Position numbers and translations under genes: made by a program. Below are positions 44,982-58,400 of a stretch of 64,000 nt of DNA, piece after piece. Every line of letters starts with the position of its first letter. Position 1 is the stretch's first letter. The DNA is taken from assembly GCA_951406725.2 (NCBI GenBank), contig OX597833.1, positions 30,318,001 through 30,382,000 on the forward strand. The letters run 5' to 3'. The notes under the pieces are model-generated. The model was not told the DNA's origin. It saw only the letters and a list, made by a program, of their open reading frames with translations, and did not search any database. The stretch is from Octopus vulgaris. Lineage: Eukaryota.

Positions 44982-47454
44982 ATTGTGTGTTGACAATATA
45001 ACAATATGTGAGGTGTTACATGAGTGCATGGGGATCATCATCATCATCATTTAATGTCCATTTTCCATGCTGCCATGAGCTGGGTGGTTTGACAGGGGCT
45101 GGCTAGGCAGAAGACTGCACCAGGTTTCACTGTCTGCTTTGGTAGGGTTTTTATGATTGTATGCTCTTCCTAACATCAATCACCTTACAGAGTGAACTGA
45201 GTGCTTTTTATGTGGCACCAACACTAGTGATGCCTGTTTTGGCATGGCTTTTACAGCTGGATGTCCTTCCAAGCATAAACTATTTTATAGTGTGGAGTGA
45301 ATGCACCAGTACAAGTGGGGTCACCAAGTAACTTGCAAGACAAAGATCTTTGTGGGGAAGGCATTGGAGGAAGTAGCCTTGTGTAAGGTGATGAGAAATT
45401 AGAGTGTGATAGAGGGAAGGTGTTTTGCTGCAGAGGAGATACATGGTTACCCAGTCAGAGGGAGAGAAAGCAAGAGAGAGAGAGAGAGAGAGAGAGAGAT
45501 AGTGATCAAGTTTGAGAGAGAGATATAGTAGAAGAGAGCAAGAGGATGAGAGTAGGAGAGAGATGGTGATGAAGTGCCAGGACATGCCCTCAAGGTACAG
45601 GAATCAGAATATAAATGTGATTGTAGAATATTGCCAAGGGTGCATGAATAGGGATCAGAGACTTCACATGAATGCAAAGAATGTGGGGGAGGGAAATGCT
45701 GTAACTGGTGAAATGTGGGCATATAGAGGATGTGGGTGACAACAGGATAGCAATGATACAGGGAGCAGGACAGTGAGGTCAGGATTGAGGAGCAGGATAT
45801 AAGCATAAGCATAGTGCATGGAAAAGAGGAAATGTGAGAAAGAGAAGAGATGTAGTTTGGTTTGTTGGGGGTAGGGTTTGTGAAAAAAAAATTTTATGGG
45901 TGTATTTATGTATATAAGTGTCCTGTGGGTTTATATACATATATTTATGTGTATATGTGACTATACATATTATATATTTATGTTCATGTTTGTACTATAT
46001 GCATTCATGTGTGTATATATATATATGTGTATATATTTGCATATGTATATATGTTTACACTATGCATGTGGACATTGATGAACATGATGATGATGATGAT
46101 AATTTATATGTATATATTACCATGGTATGCTCTGTTCCTCCAGCATTCAAAGTGCTTGTTGGTTAAAAGTAATTCCCCCTCCTCTTCCTCTACCATCTCT
46201 TATAATACCTGTTCTGTTTGAAAACATTTCTTGGGTAAAGAAAATAATTCTGATGACAGGTGTTGTTAGTTCCATATTAAAGAGAGTTACAGGAATGTTG
46301 CCTGCATTGAAAATATGTTCAGCCATTGAACTGTCCATTATTTGAAGTACCAGGAGAAATAGTATCTTATTTGGAAACAAGTGAAGATTGGTGACAGAAA
46401 GAATATCCAAATAATATCATTTAGGTCTATTCTGCCTAATCCTATACTTGTAGTTGATATAGCATTTCCTTAAATGTAACATGGCTTTTCCTTAAAATCA
46501 CTACAAGCCAATACTTTCTTATAATATGTTAAGTGTTTCTTAAATATCTATGGATTAGCTGAAAAACATGATAATCTTGGTGAGATATATTTAACCAAAT
46601 ATTTGATGTTATTCACGTGATTCAAATTTTTTTTATGTAATTAAAGGTCTTATTTGGTTTTTGTATATGTTTAAAATAATCCATAAGATATATTCAAAGT
46701 CACATCCTAAAAGTTTATACAGATAGATTTGTGTCTAATGTAGTGGATAGATTAAGACATATGAAGAAGCTAATCAGGTCCTTCTTGAATCTAAGGGCTG
46801 CAATTAGTTGTAATCAATAGGCTAACATCCTTAGGCAAACCCCTTCTCTGTGGAGCAATTTGTCCCAAAGTTGTAACAGATTAAATAGGCTGAAAGATCA
46901 GTGACCTTGGCTAAATCACTCAGACCTGTGCACTTGCCAAAAAGGTAATTGTGGCTTAGAATTATAACTTATAACAGTTATCCAAGCATGGATGATCACA
47001 CCAACCTTGGAATTACTAAAACCAGTTGTGATTTCAGTAAGCTCAATAGCTTTTAGTAATAGTGATAATGTGATGAAGGTATAATAAAATAAAATATCAA
47101 AGTAAATATATTTTGCACATAACTTATATGGGATATCTTTAAACTAGTCTATCATTGAAGAAAAATATATTCATAGTGGTAAAAGGGCTTCTTCCCCTAG
47201 CTTAGGTAATATCCTGTCTGACATATGCTTGCTCACTCTACTTTAGGAGGTTTAATCAGCCAAATAGACAGATTATTGCCAAGATTGGGTATAGACCCTT
47301 AAGTGTGAAATGAAGAATGACAGGAATATTGCCAATAATGTCCAACCATCGAGCTGTGGTTATATGTCCAACTATGGAAAAACTGTCTCAGTAAGTTTCG
47401 TCTGACTCATGTCAGTATGGAAAAATAGACATTAAACGGATGATGAATGTGTGT

Positions 47455-47490
<36 letters not shown>

Positions 47491-47556
47491 ATGCATGTAT
47501 GTGTGTGTTAATATCAATGAGTCATCTGATCACCTTTCTTTTTTTTATTTCTGTAG

Positions 47557-47667
47557 AGATTAGAAAAGGGAGAGAATTCTGAGAATGAGGAGCCAATTCC
47601 TTCAAAAAATTGTTTTCCAGAAGTACATGACAGTATTTCAACTTTACCTTACAAAGTTTCTGTACAG
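47557..47667 (+). CDS. FBXL13: Host gene exon D, start of F-box
   Basis: Long T tract + ctgtAG acceptor and CAG|GTATAG donor. 111 nt, reads RLEKGENSENEEPIPSKNCFPEVHDSISTLPYKVSVQ. The ISTLP motif marks the F-box start. Confidence 0.85.
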
Positions 47668-48599
47668 GTATAGAAATCTTTGATATTCAAAACTGTATTC
47701 ATGTAGTTACTGTTCAGCCAGATCAATACTGTTCTAGCTATGATGATTTGGGCTTGTTTTAATGGTATCTAGGACTACATTATCCATTGTGTACTAGCTT
47801 ATAATTTCAGTGAAATTTGGTTGATATTTTTAGCAAATCAAGTGATCATATTGTGGTTCTCTTATTGATTCATCATCATCATTGTTTAAAGTCCATCTTC
47901 CATGCATGCATGGGTGGGACAGTTGACAGGAGCCAGCCAGATGGAAGACTATCCTAGGCTACTGTGTCTGTTTTGACAGGGTTTTTATGGCTGATACCTT
48001 TCCTAACACCAACCACTTTGCAGAGTGGTTTATTGTACTATGTTTATTGTATTAGAGCTACTTTTGCAATAATTTTAACTAATGATAATTATTTCATGTA
48101 TCAAACTTCATATTTGATGCATGAAATTGTTGTTGTTGTTGTTGTTATACACATACATGCACACAGACATACTCTATAGACATATATGTATTCTTTTGAT
48201 AAAAATCAATAGTCCAATACCATGGGCTTTATGCAAATATGTAGTTACTTGATTGAACGTTGAATAATGGATGACAATTCCATTATTTAATTGATGAGAG
48301 TATGGTATGAAATTTCATAAAATTAGGGATAATGCAAGATGTCAACAATCATTGTGGCAAAGGAATAGAATAGAACGATGTTACTGCATGTACAGGATAT
48401 CACTCCAAAACACATTTGCATTAACATGGTTGCACTGACATCATACACCTAAAATGTTTCTCCTTATTTTATATCATTTGCTGAATATAATACAAATATA
48501 AATTGAATTACACTCTAACATTTACCATATAAAATCAGTGAACAAGTTTGATGCCAGCTTCTCTTGGATATCTCATATGTATATCACTACATATCTCTC

Positions 48600-50010
48600 C
48601 TATCTTCCTTCCAGGGAGAAGTGTTGTAATTCTTCAGCCTCCCCCAGTAGTGTAGCTGTTTCAGTGATGCAATCTTCTTGGTGTAGCACATTTGAACTGC
48701 CTTGAGTTTCACTATTAAGTTAACACTGTCGTGTGACTATAGTTGAGAGCAGTAGTCCAGACAGTTGAGAACAAATACTCTCCATAGGACCAGCATAGTT
48801 TCCTGGCCCCTTGTTCTGAAAGTTCTCAGAATCTATCAGCCATTCCAGCTGCCCATTGCCACTTTCTTGGTGATAGATACATGAAGTGAAGCATCATTAC
48901 TCATATCTATCCCCAGGTCATGCACAGTATTTGACTCTGGAATTGCTACTCATTTTTGTCCAAAGTATTTTTGTTGTGGTATGTTAGAACAAGCTGGCTG
49001 ATAGAGAAGGGCTTGGAATTTTCTTGCATTAAACTGTATGTTGTTTTCTTCAACCCATTCATATATAACATCTAGATTTTTCTGGAGAAAATCAGCATCA
49101 AGCAGATTCTTGACTGCTTGTGCTACTTATGTATCATCAGCATAGCAAGTAAGAATGGTTGCCTGTATAACTGATGGCATGTCTGGGAGTACCACAACAA
49201 ACAGCAGTAGCCCTTAGACAGTTTCCTGAAGTATTCCGCTTGCTATTAATGTCTCCTTGAAGAGGTCTCCATTGGCTGCTAGAGTCTGGCTTCTATCTTT
49301 TAAGAAGTCATGCTGTCAATCTCTTAGTTTTCCAACTTTGTTGAGCCCTTACAGCTTCTGACATATCATCTTGTGATCAACCTCATCAAAGACCTTTGCA
49401 AAAATCAAAATATATCACATCCATGTTTGAGTAATTCATAAGTTGTTTCAACATACAGTCATAATGCAGCAAATGCTGTGTGTAAGGCAGTTTCTTCCTG
49501 ATGTGAAGCCATGCTGGGTGTCAGGGAACAAGTCATTATCTTTTAGGAATGTGATCAGCTTCCTCCAGAAAATTTATTTCATGACTTTGCTGACATGTGT
49601 GGTTAGAGAAACAGGCCTATAATTTTTAGCATCTGTTTTGCAATGATCTTGTAAATACCCCTTTGCATTTTTTTAGGGTGATTGCTGGGAATTCATTAGG
49701 GCCTTGGCTGAGTTTAAGTTCATTTCATCAATGGCTGATATTACATCATTTTCCTCTATTTCAATGAAATCAATAACTGCCATCACTTCATGTAGATCTG
49801 TGATGTCATATTTATTTGCAAGTATCCTAATGAAGACATGAAAATACTTTTGTATTGCACATTCAGTATTTTATTTATCCTTTGTACTTCAAAGAGACAT
49901 TTTCTTTAAACAGTAGCTTTATCTTGTATCATACTGATGCAGACACTTTTGTAAATTTATAGACAGCTTTAGAGTTTGTCTTTACATTTTTACAACCCTG
50001 GCTTCTTTTC
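48600..50010 (-). pseudogene. Decayed CR1 RT
   Basis: Homologous to 3100-4560 (NYRPVSLT, QHGF, FAKVFD, CYADDT, FNARKFQA), with many disruptions. Confidence 0.85.
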
Positions 50011-50029
50011 TTTTTTTGCCCTCACCTAG

Positions 50030-51665
50030 TTCAAATTGGTAAAGTGATAAAGTTGAATAAGTGGGTTCCACATGAACTCAATGAAAATCAGAAACAGCAA
50101 TGTTTGGAAGCCTGCATTAAGCTACTTTCTCATCATAAAAATGAATAATTTTTTAATCAAATTGTAACATGTAATGAGAAATGGATCCAATACAACAACT
50201 GTAAACATTCAGCACAATGGCTGGAGAAAGATGAGCCACCAAAACAGTCCTAAAATCAAACTTCATCAAAAGAAGCTGATGGTGTGTGTTTGGTGGTCAG
50301 GCGCAGGTGTGTTCCATTATGATTTCATTAAACCCGGCTCATCAATCACGGCTGAAGTATACTGCAGCCAACTGGACCAAATGATGCAGAAACAAAAAAA
50401 CAGCCTAGATTGGTCAACAGATTCACTCCTATTTTATTGCAAGACAACACCAAACCACACATCACAAAAATGACATAGGCGAAACTACAGGAGTTGGAAG
50501 TTCTCCATCATCCACCACACTCACCTGATCTTGCCCCCACTGACTACCACTTCTTCCAGAATTTGGATAAATTGTTGATAGGAAAAAAATTTAATTCCAA
50601 CTGCTGACTGACTGCTGAGGATATGCGTAAGCTTGCAAGAAATGAAGCCAGTATGCTCCGATGGATGTGTAATGTCAGTGTTCATACTCGACAGAGTGTA
50701 AGTACCTTGAGAGAAATGTTGGACCTAAGAAGCATCAGTTGTGGTGTGCAAAAGAGACGTTTGCACTGGTATGGTCATGTGGCGAGAATGGATGAAGATA
50801 GTTGTGTGAAAAAGTGCCACACCCTAGCGGTTGAGGGAACCTGTGGAAGAGGTAGACCCAAGAAAACCTGGGATGAGGTGGTGAAGCATGACCTTTGAAC
50901 ATTAGGTCTCACCAAGGAAATGACTAGAGACCGAGACCTTTGGAAGTATGCTGTGTATGAGAAGACCCGGCAGGACAAGTGAGACCATAACCTGTGGCCT
51001 CTACCTGGGATGTAGCCAGTCCACTTATGCATACCTTTCCTTCTTGGGACACAAAACTCTACTTGTGAAGACCTGTTGAGGCAAGTGAAAATCAAAATCA
51101 AAATCGATCAACGGAAATTGTAGCTGTGATACCAGTGCCAGTGGCACATAAGAGAACCATCTGAATGTAGCCGTTGCCAGCGCCACCCTGACTGGCCTCC
51201 ATGCCGGTGTCACGTAAAAAGCACCATCCAATCATGGCCGTTGCCAGCGCCGCCTGGCCTCCGTGCCGGTGGCACGTAAAAAGCACCATCCGATCGTGGC
51301 TGTTTGCCAGCCTCATCATGCACGTAAAAAGCACCCACTACACTCATGGAGTGGTTGGCGTTAGGAAGGGCATCCAGCCGTAGAAACATTGCCAGATCAG
51401 ACTGGGCCTGGTGCAGCTTCTGGCTTCCCAGACCCCAGTTGAACTGTCCAACCCATGCCAGCATGGAAAGTGGACGCTAAACGATGATGATGATGATGCT
51501 GTAAAACAGGTCTTCCAAGATTTTATTGACTCTAGATTGCTAGACTTTTTCAGTCAGGACAATATGGGTGCATTCTTTGATGAATAAAACTATTCCTTGT
51601 ATTTATAAAACATTAGCAAACTTTTTTTCCCTTTCTACAAATTTCATACTTGGCAACCTAATAGT
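50030..51665 (+). mobile_element. Mariner transposon remnant interrupted by an RTE insertion
   Basis: KWVPHEL, IVTCNEKW, KLMVCVWW, LQDN..PH and HPPHSPDLAPTDYHFF up to 50600; coding resumes AVKQVFQDFIDS at about 51498. The terminus ...CAACCTAATA is also seen at about 25790-25850. Confidence 0.85.
50607..51497 (+). mobile_element. RTE LINE 3' fragment with full 3' UTR and (GAT)n tail
   Basis: ORF 50623-50898 matches the RTE C-terminus. The UTR carries internal ~55-bp repeats and ends ACGATGATGATGATGATG. Confidence 0.92.
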
Positions 51666-51823
51666 ATCTGACTAGTGAGATTATTTATCCATCCATATGT
51701 TGTTGAGAAATACATACATATGCATGCATGCACACACACACACACTCGCACACATGCGCGTGCACACACAAACAGACAAACACACACACACACACATAAG
51801 AGAACAAAGTGTATGTATGCTGC

Positions 51824-51855
<32 letters not shown>

Positions 51856-51862
51856 CTTTTAG

Positions 51863-51958
51863 ATATTTAGTTTCTTAAATGCCATTGATCTTGCCCATTG
51901 TGCCCGTGTATGCCATTCCTGGAAGGTTCTAACCAATGCCAGTACACTCAAGTATAAG
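51863..51958 (+). CDS. FBXL13: Host gene exon E, F-box core
   Basis: ttcttttAG acceptor and AAG|GTGAGT donor. 96 nt, reads IFSFLNAIDLAHCARVCHSWKVLTNASTLKYK, matching the F-box consensus IFSxL..DL..C..VC..W. Confidence 0.9.
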
Positions 51959-52224
51959 GTGAGTAGATCATTAGCTATTGACTAATCTATTTTAGCATGC
52001 AAATTAGTAGCTCCAGTTCTCTGAAGCTACTGGTTTTGTTGTGTATATAAACAAATTGGCTACTTGTTTCTCTGGGATTGTTCAAGTGATGTAGACACCT
52101 CTGATGAAAGCCCAATAATATTCGAAAATCAATAAATGCTGTTCATTATTTTTTTTCAGTCAACAAGGAAATAGTTAGATTTGCCATCTTTGTATGACTA
52201 CTACATAGGTTTACATATACATGC

Positions 52225-52268
<44 letters not shown>

Positions 52269-52269
52269 T

Positions 52270-52937
52270 TTTTTTTATTTGCCCTGTCCGTGTGAGCTAA
52301 CAGTCGTACCGGCTTTCATGGGAAACATGTATTTTTCGTGGTTGAAACCTTTTGGATTAACTGGTGCTAGAGTGATCAATATAGTGACCACTCTCTTATA
52401 TTTATTTTGTGAAAATATTATAATATGTTATAAAATATTATAATAATCCAGGTTTCTCGTAGCACTAGGCCACTTGGTGTGGAATAAATATACTATTAAA
52501 TTAGTATCTAATTCTCTCACCCTTATTAATTAATTATAATTATGCTGCATTTATTTCTAAATGCTGTATTTGTTTTCCGTGAGAGTTTGGCGCGCTGTTG
52601 GTTGGGGCATTTGAATTATAACGTCCGATGTAATCAATTGAACCGCACGCGTATTTATCGTTATGGTAAAATCTGGCGTGTGATTGAGTGGATTTCATCC
52701 AGATAGTCTTGGCTGAAGAGCTACAAATGGATTATTGTAAGTAATATTACATTTAATTCATTAATAGCGAAACAATTGTCCCAAAATAATCTGTATTTTT
52801 GTTATTTTTTATTTGCCCTGTCCGTGTGAGCTAACAGTCGTACCGGCTTTCATGGGAAACATGTATTTTTCGTGGTTGAAACCTTTTGGATTAACTGGTG
52901 CTAGAGTGATCAATATAGTGACCACTCTCTTATATTT
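52270..52937 (+). repeat. 534-bp monomer with ~130-bp terminal direct repeat (retrozyme/pLTR-like)
   Basis: GCCCTGTCCGTGTGAGC...CTCTCTTATATTTATT is identical at 52281 and 52815. The unit is bounded by (TA)n on both sides and contains one hammerhead. Confidence 0.88.
52709..52784 (+). ncRNA. Type I hammerhead ribozyme, canonical core
   Basis: TTGG-CTGAAGA-GCTA...TAGC-GAAA-CAATTG-TC/CCAA. All core nucleotides are present, with G10.1-C11.1, a palindromic stem III and a GUC site after 52780. Confidence 0.85.
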
Positions 52938-53228
52938 ATTATATATATATATATATATATATTTATTTATTTATATATATATAAAACACACACACATATA
53001 TATGGGTGCAGGCATGACTGTGTGGTTATGAAGTTTGCTTCCTGACCTCATGGTTTCAGGTACAATTGAAAAAATCTGGGAAGGGAATGTTCTTTGTTCT
53101 TTTAAACCTATGCGTGTGTATATGTGTGGTTATGTATGTGTAAGTATGTGTGTGTGGTAAATTTTTGGAGGCTTTGTTAGAGGGAGGAAAAATGAAAAAA
53201 AGAAATATAGGCAGAAAGAAAGAGTTAA

Positions 53229-53395
53229 CAGGCGTAGGAGTGGCTGTGTGGTAAGTAGCTTGCTTATGAACCACATGGTTCCAGGTTCAGTCCCACTGCA
53301 TGGCACCTTGGGTAACTGTCTTCTACTATAGCCTCGGGCTGACCAAAGCCTTGTGAGTAGATTTGGTTGACGGAAACTGAAAGAAGCCTGTCGTA

Positions 53396-53443
<48 letters not shown>

Positions 53444-53655
53444 TGTGTGTCTGTGCTTGTCCCCCCAACATCGCTTGACAGCTGATGCTGTTGTGTTTAC
53501 ATCCCCGTAACTTAGTGGTTTGGCAAAAGACACCGATAGAATAAGTACTAGGCTTCCAAAGAATAAGTCCTGGGGTCGATTTGCTCAATTAAAGGCGGTG
53601 CTCCAGCATGGTCACAGTCAAATGACTGAAACAAGTAGAAGAGTAAAAGAGTAAA
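53229..53655 (+). mobile_element. tRNA-derived SINE (same family as 935-1338)
   Basis: Collinear full-length match with a (GAGTAAAA)n tail. Confidence 0.88.
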
Positions 53656-53959
53656 GGGTGTTTTTCTGAGAAGGTTGAATTTGCATTGTATTTTTTGGTC
53701 GGCTGTATGCTACCCAGCTGTAGAAAAGGAGCTTTTTTCTGGGATGGTTCAAATTGATGATAGTTCAAAAGCTCAATTTTCTTTTAGTCATAATATTTTT
53801 TTGTCAGTTGTCATGTTATCTAGGTGTAAAAAATTTGTTTTGGAACATTCTTAAATGTGTGTCTATGAGTGAGTGTTTGTGTGTGTGTGTGTGTAAGTGT
53901 GTGTGTGTGTGTATGCTTGGTATTGGTTGCTTAAGTGAATTTTTCCAGTTATTTTAGTA

Positions 53960-56900
53960 ACAGTAAATATATATTGTTTCTTTTTTTATACGTTTAGCTT
54001 AGGTAAGAATTTTTGATAAAATGTAGTTCCATTAGCTTCCAGTACTTTGGGTCATCCCTTGGCTATTTGTAGAAGGGAAAGATCTTGAATTTGCTGTTTC
54101 CACATATTTCCAGTGAAAACTTGCATAATACATATTGTATGATATATTGTCGGTTGATTCTTATGTTAGTAAAGGAAATTGTTGGTTTCACCAATATAGT
54201 TTTCTTTGCAATTGGAGCAGGTTATGCAGTATATGAGATCCTGTATCTTGCAGTTCCTATCTGCATTTACTTGGAAGGAGAATCCACTTTTAAATATTAT
54301 ATGAGAACCAGTGTCCAAATATTTGAAGTTGTTGTTTTACATGGTCCACATCTATTATCTCTGCAGCCCTTCATGGAGAATTCTGGATTATCCTCTGATG
54401 TAAATTTTGGATCCATGAGATGTTTTTAAAGATTTTTTGACTGATGTTTACTGTTTTGTACAAAGTTTTTATGAACTGGATTCTTCATTTTGGGGCTTTG
54501 TAAGTGTATTAGTAGGTTTGTTTTTATAGTGTGGAAAATGTTGGTCACTCATGGATTATGTCTATTGAAAAATAGAATAGTATTTTCTTTAATTTTTTTC
54601 TTAGATGTCCTCAGTTGTATGATGTCCAGTTTTTATCATATTTATAATTCCCTCATTTATTAATTTTAAAAGGAAACTTTTTTTTTTTAGGAAGCCTTTG
54701 AATTCATTGAGTTGAATTTGACATATTTTTTGATCAGCTACTATTGCACAGATATGTCTTGCCATACTATATGGAATGTTCTTTTTGATGTGTGAAGGAT
54801 GGCAAGAGTAGAAGTTCAAATACTGATGTGGGTCTGTTTTTCATAAAATAGATTTCTGTTGTTACTGTGGAGTCATTTATCATTACATAAATGTCCAAGA
54901 ATAGTAACTCATGAATGGTGTTCACAATGTTATTGAATATTTGTAGCTCATCATTTGATTTCTCTCCCAAAATAAAGCAGTCATTGATGAAGTGTTTCCA
55001 CATTTCAATAACACATTTCTTAAAATTTTGGTCAAGAATTTTTCCTACTTCTTTGTATAGTTTTTCTTCTAAAGAACCCATAACCAGGTTAACACATGAG
55101 AGAGCAAATTTTGTCCCCAAAGAAGTGACCTTTATTTATCTCAATTTAAGATCAGTGGCTCTTTTGATTATTTATGGCTCTCTGTATTTCTAAGCTTTTG
55201 TAGATCTTGGGTAATCCATAGAAATTACTTTCTTTAATTTCAGAGTTACATAAGTAGTCTATTTCTTTATCTGTGAAGGAGTCTGGGTATTAATTAATTC
55301 ATGTTCTGATTTTATTCATTACTATTTTTTTCTGGAATTATTGTTTCTTCCTTATAGAAATTTTGGTCTGTTACATTTTCCAGTATTTTTTCTTTATAAC
55401 AGTCCGTGTCCATAATCACTATTACCCCACCCTTATTGGCTTCTTTTAGGATGAAGAGTTGTCATTCTTCAGTGCTAGTAAAGCTTCCTTTTCTTCTCTA
55501 CAAAGGTTTTGTTTGCATTTATGGGTACTGGGAGGTAATTTGGAAATTGTGTCTATATATGTATCTAAATGCTTTTCACTCCCCATCTAAGGGGTGAAGT
55601 AGGACTTATTTCTAACAACTGACTTATCTTTTATATTCTTATTGTTGAAGAATTCTATAAGGCAGAGGTGGTAACTAAAATGTTCAATATCTGCTTTTAG
55701 TTTTATGAGTTTTAGAAACAGGTGCATGGATAAATTTGAAACCTTTCAATAAATAAATTATTTCATTTTCATTGAGGTTTCTTTTTGATAAATTTATAAT
55801 TTTAGGCTCTTTATGTTCTGTGGATTTATTCAAATATTTTGTTTCATCAGATCTGGGGTCTGGTTGTAGTATCTTCTCCCTAAAAAAGGAGTTGTAACAT
55901 TGATTGTGAATTTTGGCACAAGGCCAGCAATTTAGAGGATGGGGGGGTAAGTTGATTACACCAACCTCAGCACTCAAGTGATACTTATTTTATCAACCCA
56001 AAAGGATGAAAGACAATGTAGGCCTTGGCAGAATTTGAACTCAGACAAAATACCACTAAGCATTTTGTCCAGCATGCTAATGATTCTGCTAGCTCACCAC
56101 CTTAAGGAGTTGTAACATTATGTCTCTGTTTCATATTTCTGGGGTTTCTTATTTCTTTGTAGGCGAGAGAATATTCTGTGCTCTCTGCTTGTATTACATT
56201 GCTATAGTGTCTGTCTTCTTACCATCCTCTTTTATTTTTGTTAGGCCATTTGAGATGTTTGGGATTATTGGTTGTTAACTATGGATTTGTTAAGCTTCTA
56301 TGATGTCTGTTTTTTTCCTTGTCTTTCTCCCCATGTTTTTGTCTATCTAGGGTATTTGGTATTATGGTTTTCTGGTTGTCTTCTATATCTTGTGTGTTTG
56401 TGGTAAAGTTATGTGTTGGCATTATGGCATATAGGTTTCCAGTTTGTATTTGAGATGATCTTGAGGCCATCTCTGCAAATGTCTTTGGATGACTGTAAGC
56501 CTGATATCTTTGGTTCCTCTGGGATTGATTTCCATGTTTTTCTTTGATTTTTATTTTTTGTTGTGGTTTTATTTTCATAATTGATTTTTCTACTCTGTTT
56601 TTTAGCAATTAGTGAACCATTCCTGATGTTTTTCCCACATTTTTGTGGATTTTTCTTCTTCCCATTTGGTGTCTTCTTTCTACAGTTGTAGTTTTTCTTG
56701 ATTTTGATTATCATTTCATTCAGAAATTTCAGTAAACATGACTATATCAATTGTTTTGAATTTTTCTTCATATTGGACTTTTCATGATTGGAAAAGGGAT
56801 ATTTCAGTTTCTAGATGGCATAATGCTAAGCTTGTACATATTGTTGTCTCTTCCAGCGTTTCACCCTTCATTTTTCTCATGAGAAATTTTCTGGAGAGTA

Positions 56901-57330
56901 TTGAGTTTTCTTTGTTTTGCCAATTTTACTATGTGTTGGCTATATTATCACATCGAATACTTTTCCAATATGCATGTTTGTTTTGATTCAGAAGTTTATT
57001 CTAGAGTTACTGTTTTAATGGTTTTTGCTTTTGTGTATCAACTTTTGTTTCTCTCTTGTAAATTTTTCTTCTAGATAGGGATGGCTCATTGGTAGAATCT
57101 GTATTGTTGGTCTTTGTTGCTAGAGTGTCTTTAAGAAGAGTTCCTTGTGCATGAATGCCATTCACAACTTTATCTTTGGTAGTGAAAATAGTGTTGAGTT
57201 TTGAGATAATTAGATTCAACTTACTAGATATTTCTGTGAAGACTTCCTCTACATTTCTGGTATCTTTCAGTTGCGAGTTTAATTGTAATTCATTCACTCT
57301 GATGTCTTGTACATTCAAATAAATAGGTAT
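53960..57330 (-). mobile_element. Decayed, near full-length Penelope-like element
   Basis: IINLSKRNL..LLKGFKF (N-terminal), GTKFA..NLVMGSLE, WKHFINDCF, FLDI, SCHPSHIKKNIPYS, and GIY-YIG DLIYCITCSNCKENYIGET at about 54180-54240. The upstream boundary is uncertain. Confidence 0.82.
55902..56103 (-). mobile_element. Second SINE family, with 16-bp target-site duplication
   Basis: B-box-like GAGTTCAAATTC and core CTTTCATCCTTTTGGGTTGATAAAATAAGTA. The TSD AAGGAGTTGTAACATT lies at 55886-55901 and 56104-56119. A decayed relative lies at about 57505-57665. Confidence 0.88.
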
Positions 57331-57957
57331 AGATTATTTTATATATTAAGAAAAAGAGGTAGTTAGAATTTAAGATAATCATTTCTTGAATACTTTCATC
57401 TCATTTCAGAGATTCACCAGGAATGATTTTTGTTTACATAAAATTTGTATTTTATATATGTGTGAGTTAGAGTATCACTTTTAGAATCCATTAGAGTATC
57501 AAACAAAATACCTTACATTTTGAGTTCAAATCCTGCCAAGGTCAGATTTGTATTTTATTCTTTCTCAGTAGTTGATTTATAGTACCAGTCAAGCAATGGG
57601 TCAGTATAATAGATTATATCCTTCCTCAAAGTTTATGGTCTTCCATCAGTTTTTGAAATCAATATCAGCACTAAAGTTTGACCATATTAGCGCTACAAGA
57701 ATTTTTTTGTAATATTGTATTTGTAAAAAAAAATTTTTTAATAAAATTAAATCAAACTAAAATTGAGGTATATCAATTGTTAGCACAGTAGATTCTAATT
57801 TAGACACAAGGTCAGCAATCTTTGAAGGAACATAAAATTAATTTTTACTAAATTATTTCTTACTAATGAAGATCACTTCTAGTCTCCCCAAAGTTTTAAT
57901 TGTTATATATAACATTCATTTTTCTCAATGTTAAACACATCTATTTTTTTGTTTCAG

Positions 57958-57983
57958 CTTAATCTTCATGAAATAAACCATAG
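57958..57983 (+). CDS. FBXL13: Host gene exon F (26-nt microexon)
   Basis: tttttgtttcAG acceptor and AG|GTAAGA donor. Reads LNLHEINH + AG. It bridges the phase-0 end of exon E to the phase-2 start of exon G. Confidence 0.8.
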
Positions 57984-58400
57984 GTAAGAGGTCATGGTAC
58001 AATTTTTTATCAACTGGCAATTCATTGAATAGATTTTTTGCAGATAATTAATTATTTGACCATTAATGGTATATCATCCGAATTTAGAATTTTCATTAGT
58101 TGTTTGCATACATCTTTTTCTTGATTGGCTATCAATACCACCACACAATTGTGCTCATTTGTACCTTGCTTGCATTTAATTTTTTGTGTGTCGATGTAAT
58201 AGGATGAGTAATGACAAAAATAAAGTCAATCATTGATCAAACATAGTGAACACTCATCTATGTACCACTATAGTCTAGATTGCATTCTAAATCAGTGGAA
58301 AACTGATAATGATAAGGACAATGATTTGTATTTATGTTAAAATCATTAAACCAATTAGTGAGTGTTTGATATATTTTGATATATACCATTACATTTCTAG

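Noticed and set aside
51170-51335. Short repeats with spacers (CACGTAAAAAGCACC x3) resembling a CRISPR array
   Set aside because: These are internal tandem repeats of the RTE 3' UTR. The context is eukaryotic, the spacers are related to each other, and there are no cas genes.
52097-52140. CTGATGA...GAAA hammerhead-like spacing
   Set aside because: No pairable stem II, stem III or stem I.
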